Assembly (NCBI GenBank): GCA_044356295.1
Contig: JBIKWN010000011.1
Location: 1-54,411 of the forward strand
Length of the DNA stretch: 54,411 bases
From: Bdellovibrionota bacterium
Lineage (GTDB): Bacteria; Bdellovibrionota_C; UBA2361; JBIKWN01
Reading direction: 5' to 3'
Numbering within the stretch: position 1 is the stretch's first letter; each line of letters opens with the position of its first letter. Under the pieces are notes generated by a model, which saw nothing but the letters and a program-made list of their open reading frames with translations, was not told where the DNA came from and ran no database searches. A program made the position numbers and the translations under genes. Positions 42,423-51,671 of the stretch are shown here, one piece after another.

Positions 42423-43745
42423 TCATGAAGAAGTAATTATTTTTTCATGAAAGGCATTTTTAATATCTTCTTTTACTTCTTCATTTACTCCCCTATATGT
42501 ATTAGCGAGGAATAGATCGATTGCACTTATATCGCTATGTCCATTATTTTGGAGCATCGATTGAAGTTCTATCAATCCCATTGCAGTCTGCTCTATAAAG
42601 ATATCTGCTTTAGTTTTTCCTACATAATATTCAGGGTTAGACTCTATTTGGCTGAAAAAATTTTCTAAATCTTTGGGTTCAAAAAATGTCTGAAAAAACG
42701 GAATCACACCTGCTTCCGCAATTCTAATATTAAATTTCGAGTTATAGCTCTTAAAAACGTCAAAGAGTCCGAATACTGGTTTGGTATCTGTTAAAATTAT
42801 CCGTGCATCAGGCTTGTTTTTTTCACTGAGAATCGAATGAAAAAAGGCAAGATTACGTAGAATTCTTGCAGCATCTTCTTTTTCAATATCGCCGGATTTA
42901 AATTGATCCTGAATATTCTTATATCGTTTTTTTAAATCATCTAATGAGTAAGAAACTGCTTGATCGCGTAAGTTATTAAATCTTTTGCGACTTGATTTGA
43001 TCTCTTTATCGTGGAAAAGGTCGATTAGTTGGCGCGCAGCTTTTCCTACAACGATAAGATCTCTATGTCTGAGCTTTGGGTTTATTTCTTGGTTATTGCA
43101 AACTTGACTAAACGTAAATGAAGCAGCTTCAATTGGTTGATTCAAAACAAGAATACGACTGTCATTAACCTTGAAGTCAAATTTAAAATGTACTGGTGTA
43201 TCATACTTATAAAATGAAAAGTTTTGGCCTGCTCGTACGATATCGGTTTGATTCGATCGTATTACTAAGATATCAGCATTCATTGTTGTACGTTTGAAGA
43301 ACTCTGAAAGTCGTGATTTTTCAGAATACAGTGCGTACATAATCTGCTCACCGTATACAGTCTGATGATTCAAATGTTCAGGGTCTCGGTGTATCAAGGG
43401 AAGTATTGGTGGGATCTCTTCTTGAAGACTTGCTCTGTATACAGCAATTGGGAATTCTCCTTTATGTGCATTATTAAATTCCTTTGCAGCACCTGTAGCT
43501 TCAACGCGAATACGCTCCACGCCGAATGCAGATTGCTCAACTGCTTTCATGAGAGCGCATAAAGAACCAGTCATCTTTTTGAATTCGTCCGATTCTAACA
43601 GTGAACGTTCCATCGTCTGAGAACTTCTAACAGCCTTCCCCCATTTATGATCTGCTCCTCTATGGACTTTAGGGTTGCCAGTGCTTAATTCGACACGATT
43701 CGAGCCGATTTCAACGACGATATGAGCTTGATGTTGCGGTGACAT
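42423..43745 (-). CDS. Highly divergent Ppx/GppA-like ASKHA protein
   Basis: VVEIGSNRVEL and ATGAAKEFNN echo DxGSNS and ATSAxR; later motifs degenerate. Confidence 0.6.
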   Translation of the reverse strand: MSPQHQAHIVVEIGSNRVELSTGNPKVHRGADHKWGKAVRSSQTMERSLLESDEFKKMTGSLCALMKAVEQSAFGVERIRVEATGAAKEFNNAHKGEFPIAVYRASLQEEIPPILPLIHRDPEHLNHQTVYGEQIMYALYSEKSRLSEFFKRTTMNADILVIRSNQTDIVRAGQNFSFYKYDTPVHFKFDFKVNDSRILVLNQPIEAASFTFSQVCNNQEINPKLRHRDLIVVGKAARQLIDLFHDKEIKSSRKRFNNLRDQAVSYSLDDLKKRYKNIQDQFKSGDIEKEDAARILRNLAFFHSILSEKNKPDARIILTDTKPVFGLFDVFKSYNSKFNIRIAEAGVIPFFQTFFEPKDLENFFSQIESNPEYYVGKTKADIFIEQTAMGLIELQSMLQNNGHSDISAIDLFLANTYRGVNEEVKEDIKNAFHEKIITSS

Positions 43746-43869
43746 GAATACTTAATAGAAAAGAAAGTATCCATTATAGCTCTATTGCGAGTCTTACTCA
43801 TTTTTTTAAAGTAAAAAAATATCCTTTATTTCAATAAATTATCGATACATTTTAAGAATTAATACTGGT

Positions 43870-43898
43870 TTGCCACCATTTCAGAAGATGACTACACT
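43870..43898 (+). promoter_or_regulatory. Sigma70-type promoter of gltX
   Basis: TTGCCA-N17-TACACT ending 9 nt before the ATG. Confidence 0.6.
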
Positions 43899-43907
43899 AC
43901 AATTCTT

Positions 43908-45401
43908 ATGACATCCTCACGCCCTGTCCGTACTCGATTCGCCCCAAGTCCAACCGGTTTTCAACATATCGGTGGGTTTCGCACTGCTTTTTACGCATAC
44001 CTACTAGCAAAAAAATATAACGGGCAGTTTCTTTTAAGAATTGAAGACACTGATCAAGAGAGGCTCGTTCCTGGAGCAATTAAATACATTATAGAAGAAC
44101 TCGCCTGGTTTGGAGTTGTTGCTGATGAAGGTCCTTCAAAAAATGAGCTAGAGATTTTAAAAGAAAACTGGGACGGAGCTCCAACTCTTGGTGGAAATTA
44201 TGGTCCATATGTTCAAAGCCAACGGTTAGAAAAATATCAAGTTGTAGCGCAAAAACTTATTGATCTTGGAGTCGCGTATCGTTGTGATTGCACACAAGAG
44301 CGCCTTGAACATGAACGCCACGAGCAGATGGCACGTAGAGAAACTCCTGGATACAGTGGTTTTTGTAGAGGACGTGAAGTCTCAAAAGATACAAAACATG
44401 TTGTTAGATTTAAAATGCCACCACGTGCGCACGTTGTATTAAACGATGCTGTTCGTGGAAGAATCGAGTGGGACAATCCACCACTGCGAGATCCGGTACT
44501 ATTAAAAAGCGATGGATTCCCAACGTACCATCTTGCATGTGTTGTTGATGATCATGAAATGGAAATTTCGCATGTCATGCGTGGAGAAGAATGGTTATCT
44601 ACTGCTCCGCTTCATATTTTATTGTACGAAGCGCTGAACTGGGAAACTCCTATTTTTGCTCATTTACCAGTCGTGAAGGGGAGTGATGGTAAAAAGCTTT
44701 CAAAACGACATGGTGCTACTCTTGCAAGTGCATTTCGTGATGATGGTTACCTTCCTCAAGCAGTGCTTAATTACGTTTCTCTGGTTGGATGGTCGCCTGG
44801 TGAGGGGGATAATCAAGAAGTCTTTACTCGGGAAGAGCTCATTCAAAAATTTAGTTTAGAGCATATTAGTGAAGCAAGTGCTGTTTTTGATTACAGTAAA
44901 CTTCAATGGATGAACGGTGTTTATATACGTAATCTTTCAGTTGATGAATTTTTGAAGTGGGTCACTCCATTTCTAACAGCAGAAGATGTGCATATTCCTG
45001 AACCGACACTTCGAAAACTTGCTCCATTAATTCAAGAGCGAATCCGAACGTTTAAAGAAGCTCCAGCAATGTTGGAATTCTTAACGACAAAAGAAATTGC
45101 CCGAGAATGGGATGGTGTTTTTAAAAAGAACATGACGAAAGAGCTCTGCATCTCTATTTTAAATGCTTCACTTGAAACCATAAAAACAGTTTCTGAATTT
45201 AATGAAGTTTCCCTAGAGGAGTCTTTGAAAAAAGTCGCTGAAACATTAGGAATAAAAGCAGGACAATTGTTATCGACTGTTCGAATAGCTGCACTTGCAA
45301 AGGCTGCAACGCCTCCTCTGTATGAGTCACTTGTATGTCTTGGTCGTGATGTTGTTGTGCAGAAAATCAATGATGCTTTGAAAGAAGTGGAAGCACGGTA
45401 A
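43908..45401 (+). CDS. gltX: Glutamate--tRNA ligase
   Basis: RFAPSPTG, HIGG, RIEDTD, KLSKR. Confidence 0.97.
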   Translation: MTSSRPVRTRFAPSPTGFQHIGGFRTAFYAYLLAKKYNGQFLLRIEDTDQERLVPGAIKYIIEELAWFGVVADEGPSKNELEILKENWDGAPTLGGNYGPYVQSQRLEKYQVVAQKLIDLGVAYRCDCTQERLEHERHEQMARRETPGYSGFCRGREVSKDTKHVVRFKMPPRAHVVLNDAVRGRIEWDNPPLRDPVLLKSDGFPTYHLACVVDDHEMEISHVMRGEEWLSTAPLHILLYEALNWETPIFAHLPVVKGSDGKKLSKRHGATLASAFRDDGYLPQAVLNYVSLVGWSPGEGDNQEVFTREELIQKFSLEHISEASAVFDYSKLQWMNGVYIRNLSVDEFLKWVTPFLTAEDVHIPEPTLRKLAPLIQERIRTFKEAPAMLEFLTTKEIAREWDGVFKKNMTKELCISILNASLETIKTVSEFNEVSLEESLKKVAETLGIKAGQLLSTVRIAALAKAATPPLYESLVCLGRDVVVQKINDALKEVEAR

Positions 45402-45407
45402 ACTTAT

Positions 45408-45731
45408 TTAGTATGTGGGCATTTGAGGATCTAGATCTTTAGCCCACCGAAGAATTCCTCCATCCAAATTCTTGATATTCGAAAATCCATTATGTAGTAA
45501 GAAGCTTGCCGCCTGCATGCTGCGTCCTCCAGCTTTACAATAAACAACTATCTGTTTGTCTTTGGGCAATTCATTAAATCGAACAGGAAGCTCTGAGAGA
45601 CGTATGTGGGTGTTGCCTTGAATTTGGCAGATTTCAAGCTCCTCAGGCTCTCGTACATCAAGCAGTATAAGATCTGACTTTTTAGCCTCTAAAACCTTGT
45701 ATAATTCATTTGGGGTAATATTTATATTCAT
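45408..45731 (-). CDS. Single-domain rhodanese (MoeZ C-terminal-like)
   Basis: LDVREPEE, YCKAGGRS, NLDGGILRW. Confidence 0.9.
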   Translation of the reverse strand: MNINITPNELYKVLEAKKSDLILLDVREPEELEICQIQGNTHIRLSELPVRFNELPKDKQIVVYCKAGGRSMQAASFLLHNGFSNIKNLDGGILRWAKDLDPQMPTY

Positions 45732-45754
45732 AACTATTTGAAAATATTGAATGT

Positions 45755-45783
45755 TTGACTCAAAAAAACTGAACTGTTACTAT
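45755..45783 (+). promoter_or_regulatory. Sigma70-type promoter of rpsO-pnp
   Basis: TTGACT-N17-TACTAT with TGn extension. Confidence 0.65.
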
Positions 45784-45833
45784 CTCATGTCAAAAAAAAT
45801 TAAGAAGTAAGAATAGTTACAACTGGAGAATTC

Positions 45834-46112
45834 ATGTCGTCCTCTTCCGATTACGTTAGCAATAAAAAGAAAGCGCTTCAAACTTTTGGTCGCCATACCA
45901 AAGATACTGGATCGCCCGAAGTTCAGATTGCAATCTTCACTAAGAAGTTAGAGCAGTATGCTTCACATTTCGAAAAGAATCCAAAAGATAATCACTCACG
46001 TCGTGGGATGTTCCGAATAATTTCAAAACGTAAAGGACTCCTAGAGTACCTTAAAGGTAATGACATCGAGAAATATCGTGCAACGATTGCAAGTCTTGGT
46101 CTTAGAAAATAA
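45834..46112 (+). CDS. rpsO: 30S ribosomal protein S15
   Basis: DTGSPEVQIA, KDNHSRRG, LGLRK; upstream of pnp. Confidence 0.96.
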   Translation: MSSSSDYVSNKKKALQTFGRHTKDTGSPEVQIAIFTKKLEQYASHFEKNPKDNHSRRGMFRIISKRKGLLEYLKGNDIEKYRATIASLGLRK

Positions 46113-46157
46113 TCTTGTTGCGTCTAACGCAACTACTTTCACTCATTTTTTGATTGT

Positions 46158-46223
46158 CAACAAATCGTTGAACAGTGTGTTGTGCGCTCATAAGAGTTTT
46201 CAACGGAACTGTTCTGTTTGTTG
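46158..46223 (+). promoter_or_regulatory. Long stem-loop in the pnp leader (candidate RNase III site)
   Basis: caacaaa/tttgttg and gaacagt/actgttc arms; position matches the known pnp autoregulatory leader. Confidence 0.5.
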
Positions 46224-46290
46224 TTTTTGATTCTATTTGTTTACGCAAAGAGTCAGCACATTTTGCTGGTACTCTAAAAAAAGGAAAATT

Positions 46291-48399
46291 ATGTTTAAAA
46301 AAGTTATCGTTGAAAAAGAATTTCACGGACAAAAAATTTCATTCGAAACTGGTCGTGTTGCAAGACAAGCCGGTGGTTCGGTATTAGTAAGAAGCGGTGA
46401 TTCGATTGTTCTTGTTACTGCGTGCGGCGGTGATCCAAAGAACGGCGATTTCTTTCCATTGACGTGTGACTATGTTGAGAAAACGTATGCTGCAGGAAAA
46501 ATACCAGGTGGTTTTTTCCGTCGTGAAGGAAAGCAGTCAGAGAAAGAAACGCTTGTTTCTCGTTTAATTGACAGACCAATTCGCCCACTTTTCCCTGAAG
46601 GCTATACAAATGAAACACAAGTTGTAGCAACTGTAATATCTGCTGATGATGTTAATGATACTGACGTACTAGCAGTTTGTGGTGCTTCAGCAGCTCTTAC
46701 TATTTCGGAGCTTCCTTTTGAAGGACCAATCGCAGCAGTGCGTGTTGGACGAATCAATGGAAAGCTTCGTATCAATCCTACGCAAATCGAAATCAAAGAA
46801 TCTGACCTCAACTTTATTGTTGCTGCTACAAAAGATGCCATTGTTATGGTTGAAGGTGGCGCAATGGAAGTTCCTGAAGCTGATGTTTTAGATGCTCTCT
46901 TTTATGCTCACAAAGAGATTCAACATCTTATTGGAATGCAAGAAGAGCTTCAGAAGAAAGCTGGAGTGAAGAAAGTAGAAGTTGTTATTGATAATGATCT
47001 TTCTTCTTTTGTGAAAGAAATTAAAACATTTGCTCAGCCAAGCATTGAAAAAGCAGTTCGTGTTGCCGATAAGCATGGTCGACGCGATGCGATTAAAGCT
47101 GCAAAACTTGCAGTGATTGAAAAATTTGTCGATGCCGCTGCCGCTGATGTTGCAGAAAGAACTAAGAAGATTGGTCTTGCAGTTGATGACTTAGTTTATT
47201 ACGCAGTTCGTGACATGGTCTTTAAAGACAAAAAACGTCTTGATGGTCGTGATACAAAAACTGTTCGCCCAATCGATATCGAAGTTGGACTACTCCCAAG
47301 AACACACGGTTCAGCGCTCTTTACACGTGGAGAAACACAAGCAATTGTTGTTTCAACGCTTGGAACTGAAGCCGAAGCTCAAAGAATTGATAACCTTGTT
47401 GGTGAGCCAACAAAGAACTTCATGTTGCACTACAACTTCCCTGCATTCTCAGTAGGCGAGGTTCGACCAAACAGAGGTCCAGGGCGACGAGAAATTGGAC
47501 ACGGCGCCCTTGCTGAGCGCGCTGTTAAAGTTGTAATGCCCGATATTAAATCATTCCCTTATGTCATAAGAATTGTATCTGAAATTACAGAGAGTAATGG
47601 TTCAAGTTCTATGGCGTCCGTGTGTGGTGCAAGTCTTTCATTGATGGATGCGGGAGTTCCAATTAAAGCTCCAGTTGCTGGGGTTGCAATGGGACTTATT
47701 ATGGATGGCAAGAACTACGCTATCCTCACTGATATCTTAGGTGATGAAGATCATTTAGGTGATATGGACTTTAAAGTGTGTGGAACTGAAAAAGGTATCA
47801 CTGCACTTCAAATGGATATCAAGATAAAAGGTCTTGAAGAAAAAATAATGCGTGAAGCAATGGCGCAGGCTCGAGAAGGGCGGCTCCATATTCTTGGTAA
47901 AATGAATGAAGCCATTAAAGCTCCGCGTGAGCAGCTCAGCGACTTTGCTCCAAGGATCGTGACCATCAAGATCAATCCAGAAAAAATTCGTGATGTCATC
48001 GGCCCAGGCGGCAAGATGATTCGTCATATCACTGATACCTATGAAGTGAAGATGGAAGTTACTGATGATGGATCAATTAATATCGCAAGCGCTGATGGTA
48101 AGAAAATCAATAGTGCTATTGAGTTTATTGAGAATTTAACTCGTGAAGCGGAAGTCGGTAAGATTTACAAAGGAACTGTTCGTCGAATTGCTGATTTCGG
48201 AGCTTTTGTAGAGATTCTTCCAGGGACTGATGGATTACTGCACGTTTCTCAGATATCAGAAGAGCGAGTTAATCGTGTTACTGATGTACTTGCAGAAGGT
48301 GATGAAGTCTATGTAAAAGTTCTTGAAGTAGATCGTCAGGGCAAAATCAGATTGTCTCGAAAAGAAGCAATCCAGGATATGGCAGAAGCGATTGGATAA
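46291..48399 (+). CDS. pnp: Polyribonucleotide nucleotidyltransferase
   Basis: FFPL, RLIDRPIRP, RREIGHG, SNGSSSMA, DHLGDMDFKV, KH and S1 domains; ATG at 46291. Confidence 0.97.
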   Translation: MFKKVIVEKEFHGQKISFETGRVARQAGGSVLVRSGDSIVLVTACGGDPKNGDFFPLTCDYVEKTYAAGKIPGGFFRREGKQSEKETLVSRLIDRPIRPLFPEGYTNETQVVATVISADDVNDTDVLAVCGASAALTISELPFEGPIAAVRVGRINGKLRINPTQIEIKESDLNFIVAATKDAIVMVEGGAMEVPEADVLDALFYAHKEIQHLIGMQEELQKKAGVKKVEVVIDNDLSSFVKEIKTFAQPSIEKAVRVADKHGRRDAIKAAKLAVIEKFVDAAAADVAERTKKIGLAVDDLVYYAVRDMVFKDKKRLDGRDTKTVRPIDIEVGLLPRTHGSALFTRGETQAIVVSTLGTEAEAQRIDNLVGEPTKNFMLHYNFPAFSVGEVRPNRGPGRREIGHGALAERAVKVVMPDIKSFPYVIRIVSEITESNGSSSMASVCGASLSLMDAGVPIKAPVAGVAMGLIMDGKNYAILTDILGDEDHLGDMDFKVCGTEKGITALQMDIKIKGLEEKIMREAMAQAREGRLHILGKMNEAIKAPREQLSDFAPRIVTIKINPEKIRDVIGPGGKMIRHITDTYEVKMEVTDDGSINIASADGKKINSAIEFIENLTREAEVGKIYKGTVRRIADFGAFVEILPGTDGLLHVSQISEERVNRVTDVLAEGDEVYVKVLEVDRQGKIRLSRKEAIQDMAEAIG

Positions 48400-48402
48400 G
48401 TA

Positions 48403-49191
48403 ATGCTAGAGAGGAAAAAGCTAACCATGGCATTTCTTGCACGTAGTAGTAAGAAGTTTCGTGAGTTAGCTTTTTTTTTAGTTCATATCTTAAGTCCACG
48501 CAAAATTCATAGTAAAGAAAGTATATCCAAGGTCTATTCCATCTTTATTCTGAGCTTGGTTTATCTGTTTTGTTTTTTTCCCACAGCACATGCCGATGAG
48601 AAACGATTGCCGTTTAAAGGGTATGGACGTTATTTTCCTCAATTTAAGCTCCTCTGTGAAGCGATTCATCAGGATGGAAGAGGTGAGTACTTATCAAAAA
48701 CGGCCTTACTATTCTCAGAGCGTGATACTGGTTGTGAAGCGTGTCGGCCATTATTCCAGACAATTGTTCAGACCTGTAAGGTTCCTCTTAAGAAAATAGC
48801 ACTATCAAAGGTAACAAAAAAACCTGAGGACGCTACAAGTGAAACTGATGGAGGAGAAACTGTCCCTCCAACTCCAACACCACTTCCTATTTTAAATAGG
48901 GAGCCTTCTGCTCTTGTTATTGATAGATCGGTGAGGCTCTTTAATCAAATTGCAGAAGATAAAAATATAAATGAAAGATCTGTTCCTGCTCTCTATAAGC
49001 TCTTTTTTGTACTTAATGATAGTCATTCTGCAACGGCTGCAGAAAAAGAATATTTTGATATCTTACAAAGTTTTGTACTGCCACTTTTTGCTGACGTACA
49101 GAATAAAAGTACTGCTACTGAAGATAAAAAGAGCGGTAGTAGCGGTGAAAAAAAATCCGAAGAGCATCTCGAATCTTTGTTTGTTCAGTAA
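48403..49191 (+). CDS. Probable exported hypothetical protein with a CxxC; start uncertain
   Basis: Signal-like segment ending AHA, CEAC, PTPTP linker; the ATGs at 48403 and 48427 lie before or within the pnp terminator. Confidence 0.65.
   Translation: MLERKKLTMAFLARSSKKFRELAFFLVHILSPRKIHSKESISKVYSIFILSLVYLFCFFPTAHADEKRLPFKGYGRYFPQFKLLCEAIHQDGRGEYLSKTALLFSERDTGCEACRPLFQTIVQTCKVPLKKIALSKVTKKPEDATSETDGGETVPPTPTPLPILNREPSALVIDRSVRLFNQIAEDKNINERSVPALYKLFFVLNDSHSATAAEKEYFDILQSFVLPLFADVQNKSTATEDKKSGSSGEKKSEEHLESLFVQ
48415..48479 (+). terminator. Intrinsic terminator candidate after pnp
   Basis: aaaaagctaac / gttagcttttt arms ending in T9. Confidence 0.6.
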
Positions 49192-49206
49192 AGGTAGTCA
49201 ATACGA

Positions 49207-49653
49207 TTATAGCCAAACCCAAGTTTGACCGGGATTGAGATCGTCAACTCTAAAATTACTAACTAATCGAGACTCCTTGAGGTATGTATGAACGGCTATC
49301 ATAACTTTACCGCTTCCAAATCCATGAATAACTTTGATTCGTTTTACATTAGACATAATCGAACGATTGAGTTTCTGCTCAAGTGCGTCTAGAGCTTCAG
49401 CTACGGTAAAGCCATGGAGATCTATCTCTTCGGGTTCTTTACCAAGTGATGAAGCGGGTTTGATAGTAATCTTATCTTGAGAAGGTTTTTTTTTAGGCTG
49501 CTCTTTAAGCACTTGAACCTCTTCATTATCAAGTGTAAGAACAAAAGACCCAAGACTGACTTTAATTTTATTCTTGGGTAATATCTCAACGAGAACTCCA
49601 TCACGTTTCATTTTGATAATATGAACGACATCTCCAATATTCATATCTAACAT
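49207..49653 (-). CDS. Stand-alone KOW + Smr domain protein (MutS2 C-terminus-like)
   Basis: IGDVVHI...DGVLVEI KOW pattern; IDLHG, IHGFGSG, GQT. Confidence 0.88.
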   Translation of the reverse strand: MLDMNIGDVVHIIKMKRDGVLVEILPKNKIKVSLGSFVLTLDNEEVQVLKEQPKKKPSQDKITIKPASSLGKEPEEIDLHGFTVAEALDALEQKLNRSIMSNVKRIKVIHGFGSGKVMIAVHTYLKESRLVSNFRVDDLNPGQTWVWL

Positions 49654-50078
49654 GCCTCATCAGATATAATAGGAAATTGTTTATCAAAAAGTAGTATAGA
49701 GCCTTCATCCGTAATGTTTGCCGAAAGAACTTGATACATGTCTCTTCGTATACGAGCAGTCAATGCAGTCGTTCGAACATAGAATCCATTGTTGTCGTAA
49801 AAGAAATACGATGAGTCATCAAGTGTTATTTCTTGAGTGGTATTGAGGCAAAATATAACATCATCGTTATGCTGATATGTTGATAGTGCGATAAATGGGG
49901 TCTTTTCGTAATGGAATAAAGATTCATCATTACCAATTTTTAAAATATAGTTGTTTCTTTTTTGGCAAAAAACTATTGAACGACTAAACAGTGTAGATAA
50001 CTTCTTATTAGTAAAGAGAGTATCTTCATGGATCCAGTTGCCTTGAGTATCAAGTGAGAGTTTCGCTGAGGGCAGCAT
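49647..50078 (-). CDS. DUF1285-like hypothetical protein
   Basis: LDTQGNWIHE, TPF, LNT and ARI motifs. Confidence 0.6.
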   Translation of the reverse strand: MLPSAKLSLDTQGNWIHEDTLFTNKKLSTLFSRSIVFCQKRNNYILKIGNDESLFHYEKTPFIALSTYQHNDDVIFCLNTTQEITLDDSSYFFYDNNGFYVRTTALTARIRRDMYQVLSANITDEGSILLFDKQFPIISDEAC

Positions 50079-50083
50079 GATGT

Positions 50084-51340
50084 TTATGAAAATTTTACAA
50101 GTGTATAGTTCTTTTTCCCGACACGAATGACGGCTATTGTGCGATGTAACAAAGAATCGACCACGCTTGCTTCATTTGTAACTTTATCGCCATTGATAGA
50201 GATTCCACCACCAGTGATAAGCCTCTTTGCTTCACCTTTTGAAGCCACAGCTTTTGATGCAACAAGTAGATCGAGGATTGATTTCCCTTTTATACTTTCA
50301 GCACTGATATTTTCTGAAGGTACATCTTGAAATATATTTATTAGTTCTTGATCTGAAAGACCTTCGATTGACCCACCAAACAATACTTGCGCACTTTTCT
50401 TGGCAAGTGATACGGCATCTTTACCATGAACAAGCTCGGTAATGAGATCAGCTAATGTTTTTTGTGCTTCTCTTTTCTCAGGCGTATTTTTAATTAAATC
50501 TGCGTATTGTTGAATCTCTTCTTCGGACAGAAAAGTAAAGATTCTCATGAAGCGTACAACATCAGCATCTGAAGTATTGAGCCAAAATTGATGAAAGAGG
50601 TACGGTGACGTTAATGTTGGATCAAGCCAAATAGCACCGCCTGCCGTTTTGCCGAATTTTTGTCCTTCGCTATTTGTAAGAAGTGGTATTGAAAAAGCAA
50701 CTGCAGTATTTTCGCCGACTTTTTTTCGAATCAATTCCAAACCTGCGGTAATATTACCCCACTGATCACTCCCACCGATCTGCATTCTTACCGAGTTATT
50801 TGTATAGAGGTGATAAAAATCAAATGCTTGAAGAAGCATGTAGCTAAATTCAGTGAATGAAATGCCTTCACCGTTTAACCTTGTCTTAACGACTTCTTTA
50901 CTGATCATGTAATTGACGGTGAAAAATTTTCCGACGTCTCTTAAAAAAGAAAGTATGTCGACAGGCGCTGTCCAGTCACGGTTATTAACAAATGTTGGGG
51001 TTACTCCAACTGTTTCGAATAGTTTTGAAATCTGATCTTTTTGACGGCTTATATTTTGGTCTATAACATCTAAAGAGAGCAGCTGTCTTTCTGCGTTTCG
51101 GCCTGATGGATCTCCGATGGCTCCAGTAGCGCCACCGAAGAGTATCACTGGTTTCAGACCTGCGCGGGCTAATTTTACCGATACAATGAGAGGTACTAAA
51201 TTGCCAATTTGAAGGGACTGGGCAGTAGGATCGAAGCCGACATAGAAGGAGTCCCCAGCTCTAAGTGCCTTTAAAGCTTCCTCATCGGAATAATCCTGAA
51301 TTAATTCGCTATCCTGCAGTGATTTAAATATCGACGCCAT
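50084..51340 (-). CDS. tyrS: Tyrosine--tRNA ligase
   Basis: YVGFDPTA, IGDPSGR, QIGGSDQWGNI, KFGKT, C-terminal S4 domain. Confidence 0.97.
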   Translation of the reverse strand: MASIFKSLQDSELIQDYSDEEALKALRAGDSFYVGFDPTAQSLQIGNLVPLIVSVKLARAGLKPVILFGGATGAIGDPSGRNAERQLLSLDVIDQNISRQKDQISKLFETVGVTPTFVNNRDWTAPVDILSFLRDVGKFFTVNYMISKEVVKTRLNGEGISFTEFSYMLLQAFDFYHLYTNNSVRMQIGGSDQWGNITAGLELIRKKVGENTAVAFSIPLLTNSEGQKFGKTAGGAIWLDPTLTSPYLFHQFWLNTSDADVVRFMRIFTFLSEEEIQQYADLIKNTPEKREAQKTLADLITELVHGKDAVSLAKKSAQVLFGGSIEGLSDQELINIFQDVPSENISAESIKGKSILDLLVASKAVASKGEAKRLITGGGISINGDKVTNEASVVDSLLHRTIAVIRVGKKNYTLVKFS

Positions 51341-51419
51341 CGATTTGACCTAAACTCTTAATTTTTCTAATATCTTATCTTATATTTTCATTATCTGACA
51401 CAGCTTAGGTGTAACCCAT

Positions 51420-51653
51420 ATGGCAAAAGCAAACAAAGAAACCACGTTTTTAGTATCCTCTGAAGGTACAGGATACTTCTATTGTAACCGTAAGAACAAA
51501 AAGAAAAACAAGGGCGAAAAAAAATTAAGCCTTAAGAAATACGACCCGGTTGCACGTAAGCATGTTCTTTTTGCTGATAAGAAGCTTTCTAAGCTCAAAA
51601 AGAAATACGTCCCAGGACAGGCAGCATCGCCGGCTTCAACTGAGGCAGCATAA
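51420..51653 (+). CDS. rpmG: 50S ribosomal protein L33 (Zn-independent type) with C-terminal extension
   Basis: LVSSEGTGYFY...KLSLKKYDPVARKHVLF. Confidence 0.92.
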   Translation: MAKANKETTFLVSSEGTGYFYCNRKNKKKNKGEKKLSLKKYDPVARKHVLFADKKLSKLKKKYVPGQAASPASTEAA

Positions 51654-51671
51654 TCGCTCTGGTTGCCAAAC

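Noticed and set aside
48403..49191. Possible c-type cytochrome
   Set aside because: The motif is CEACR, not CxxCH.
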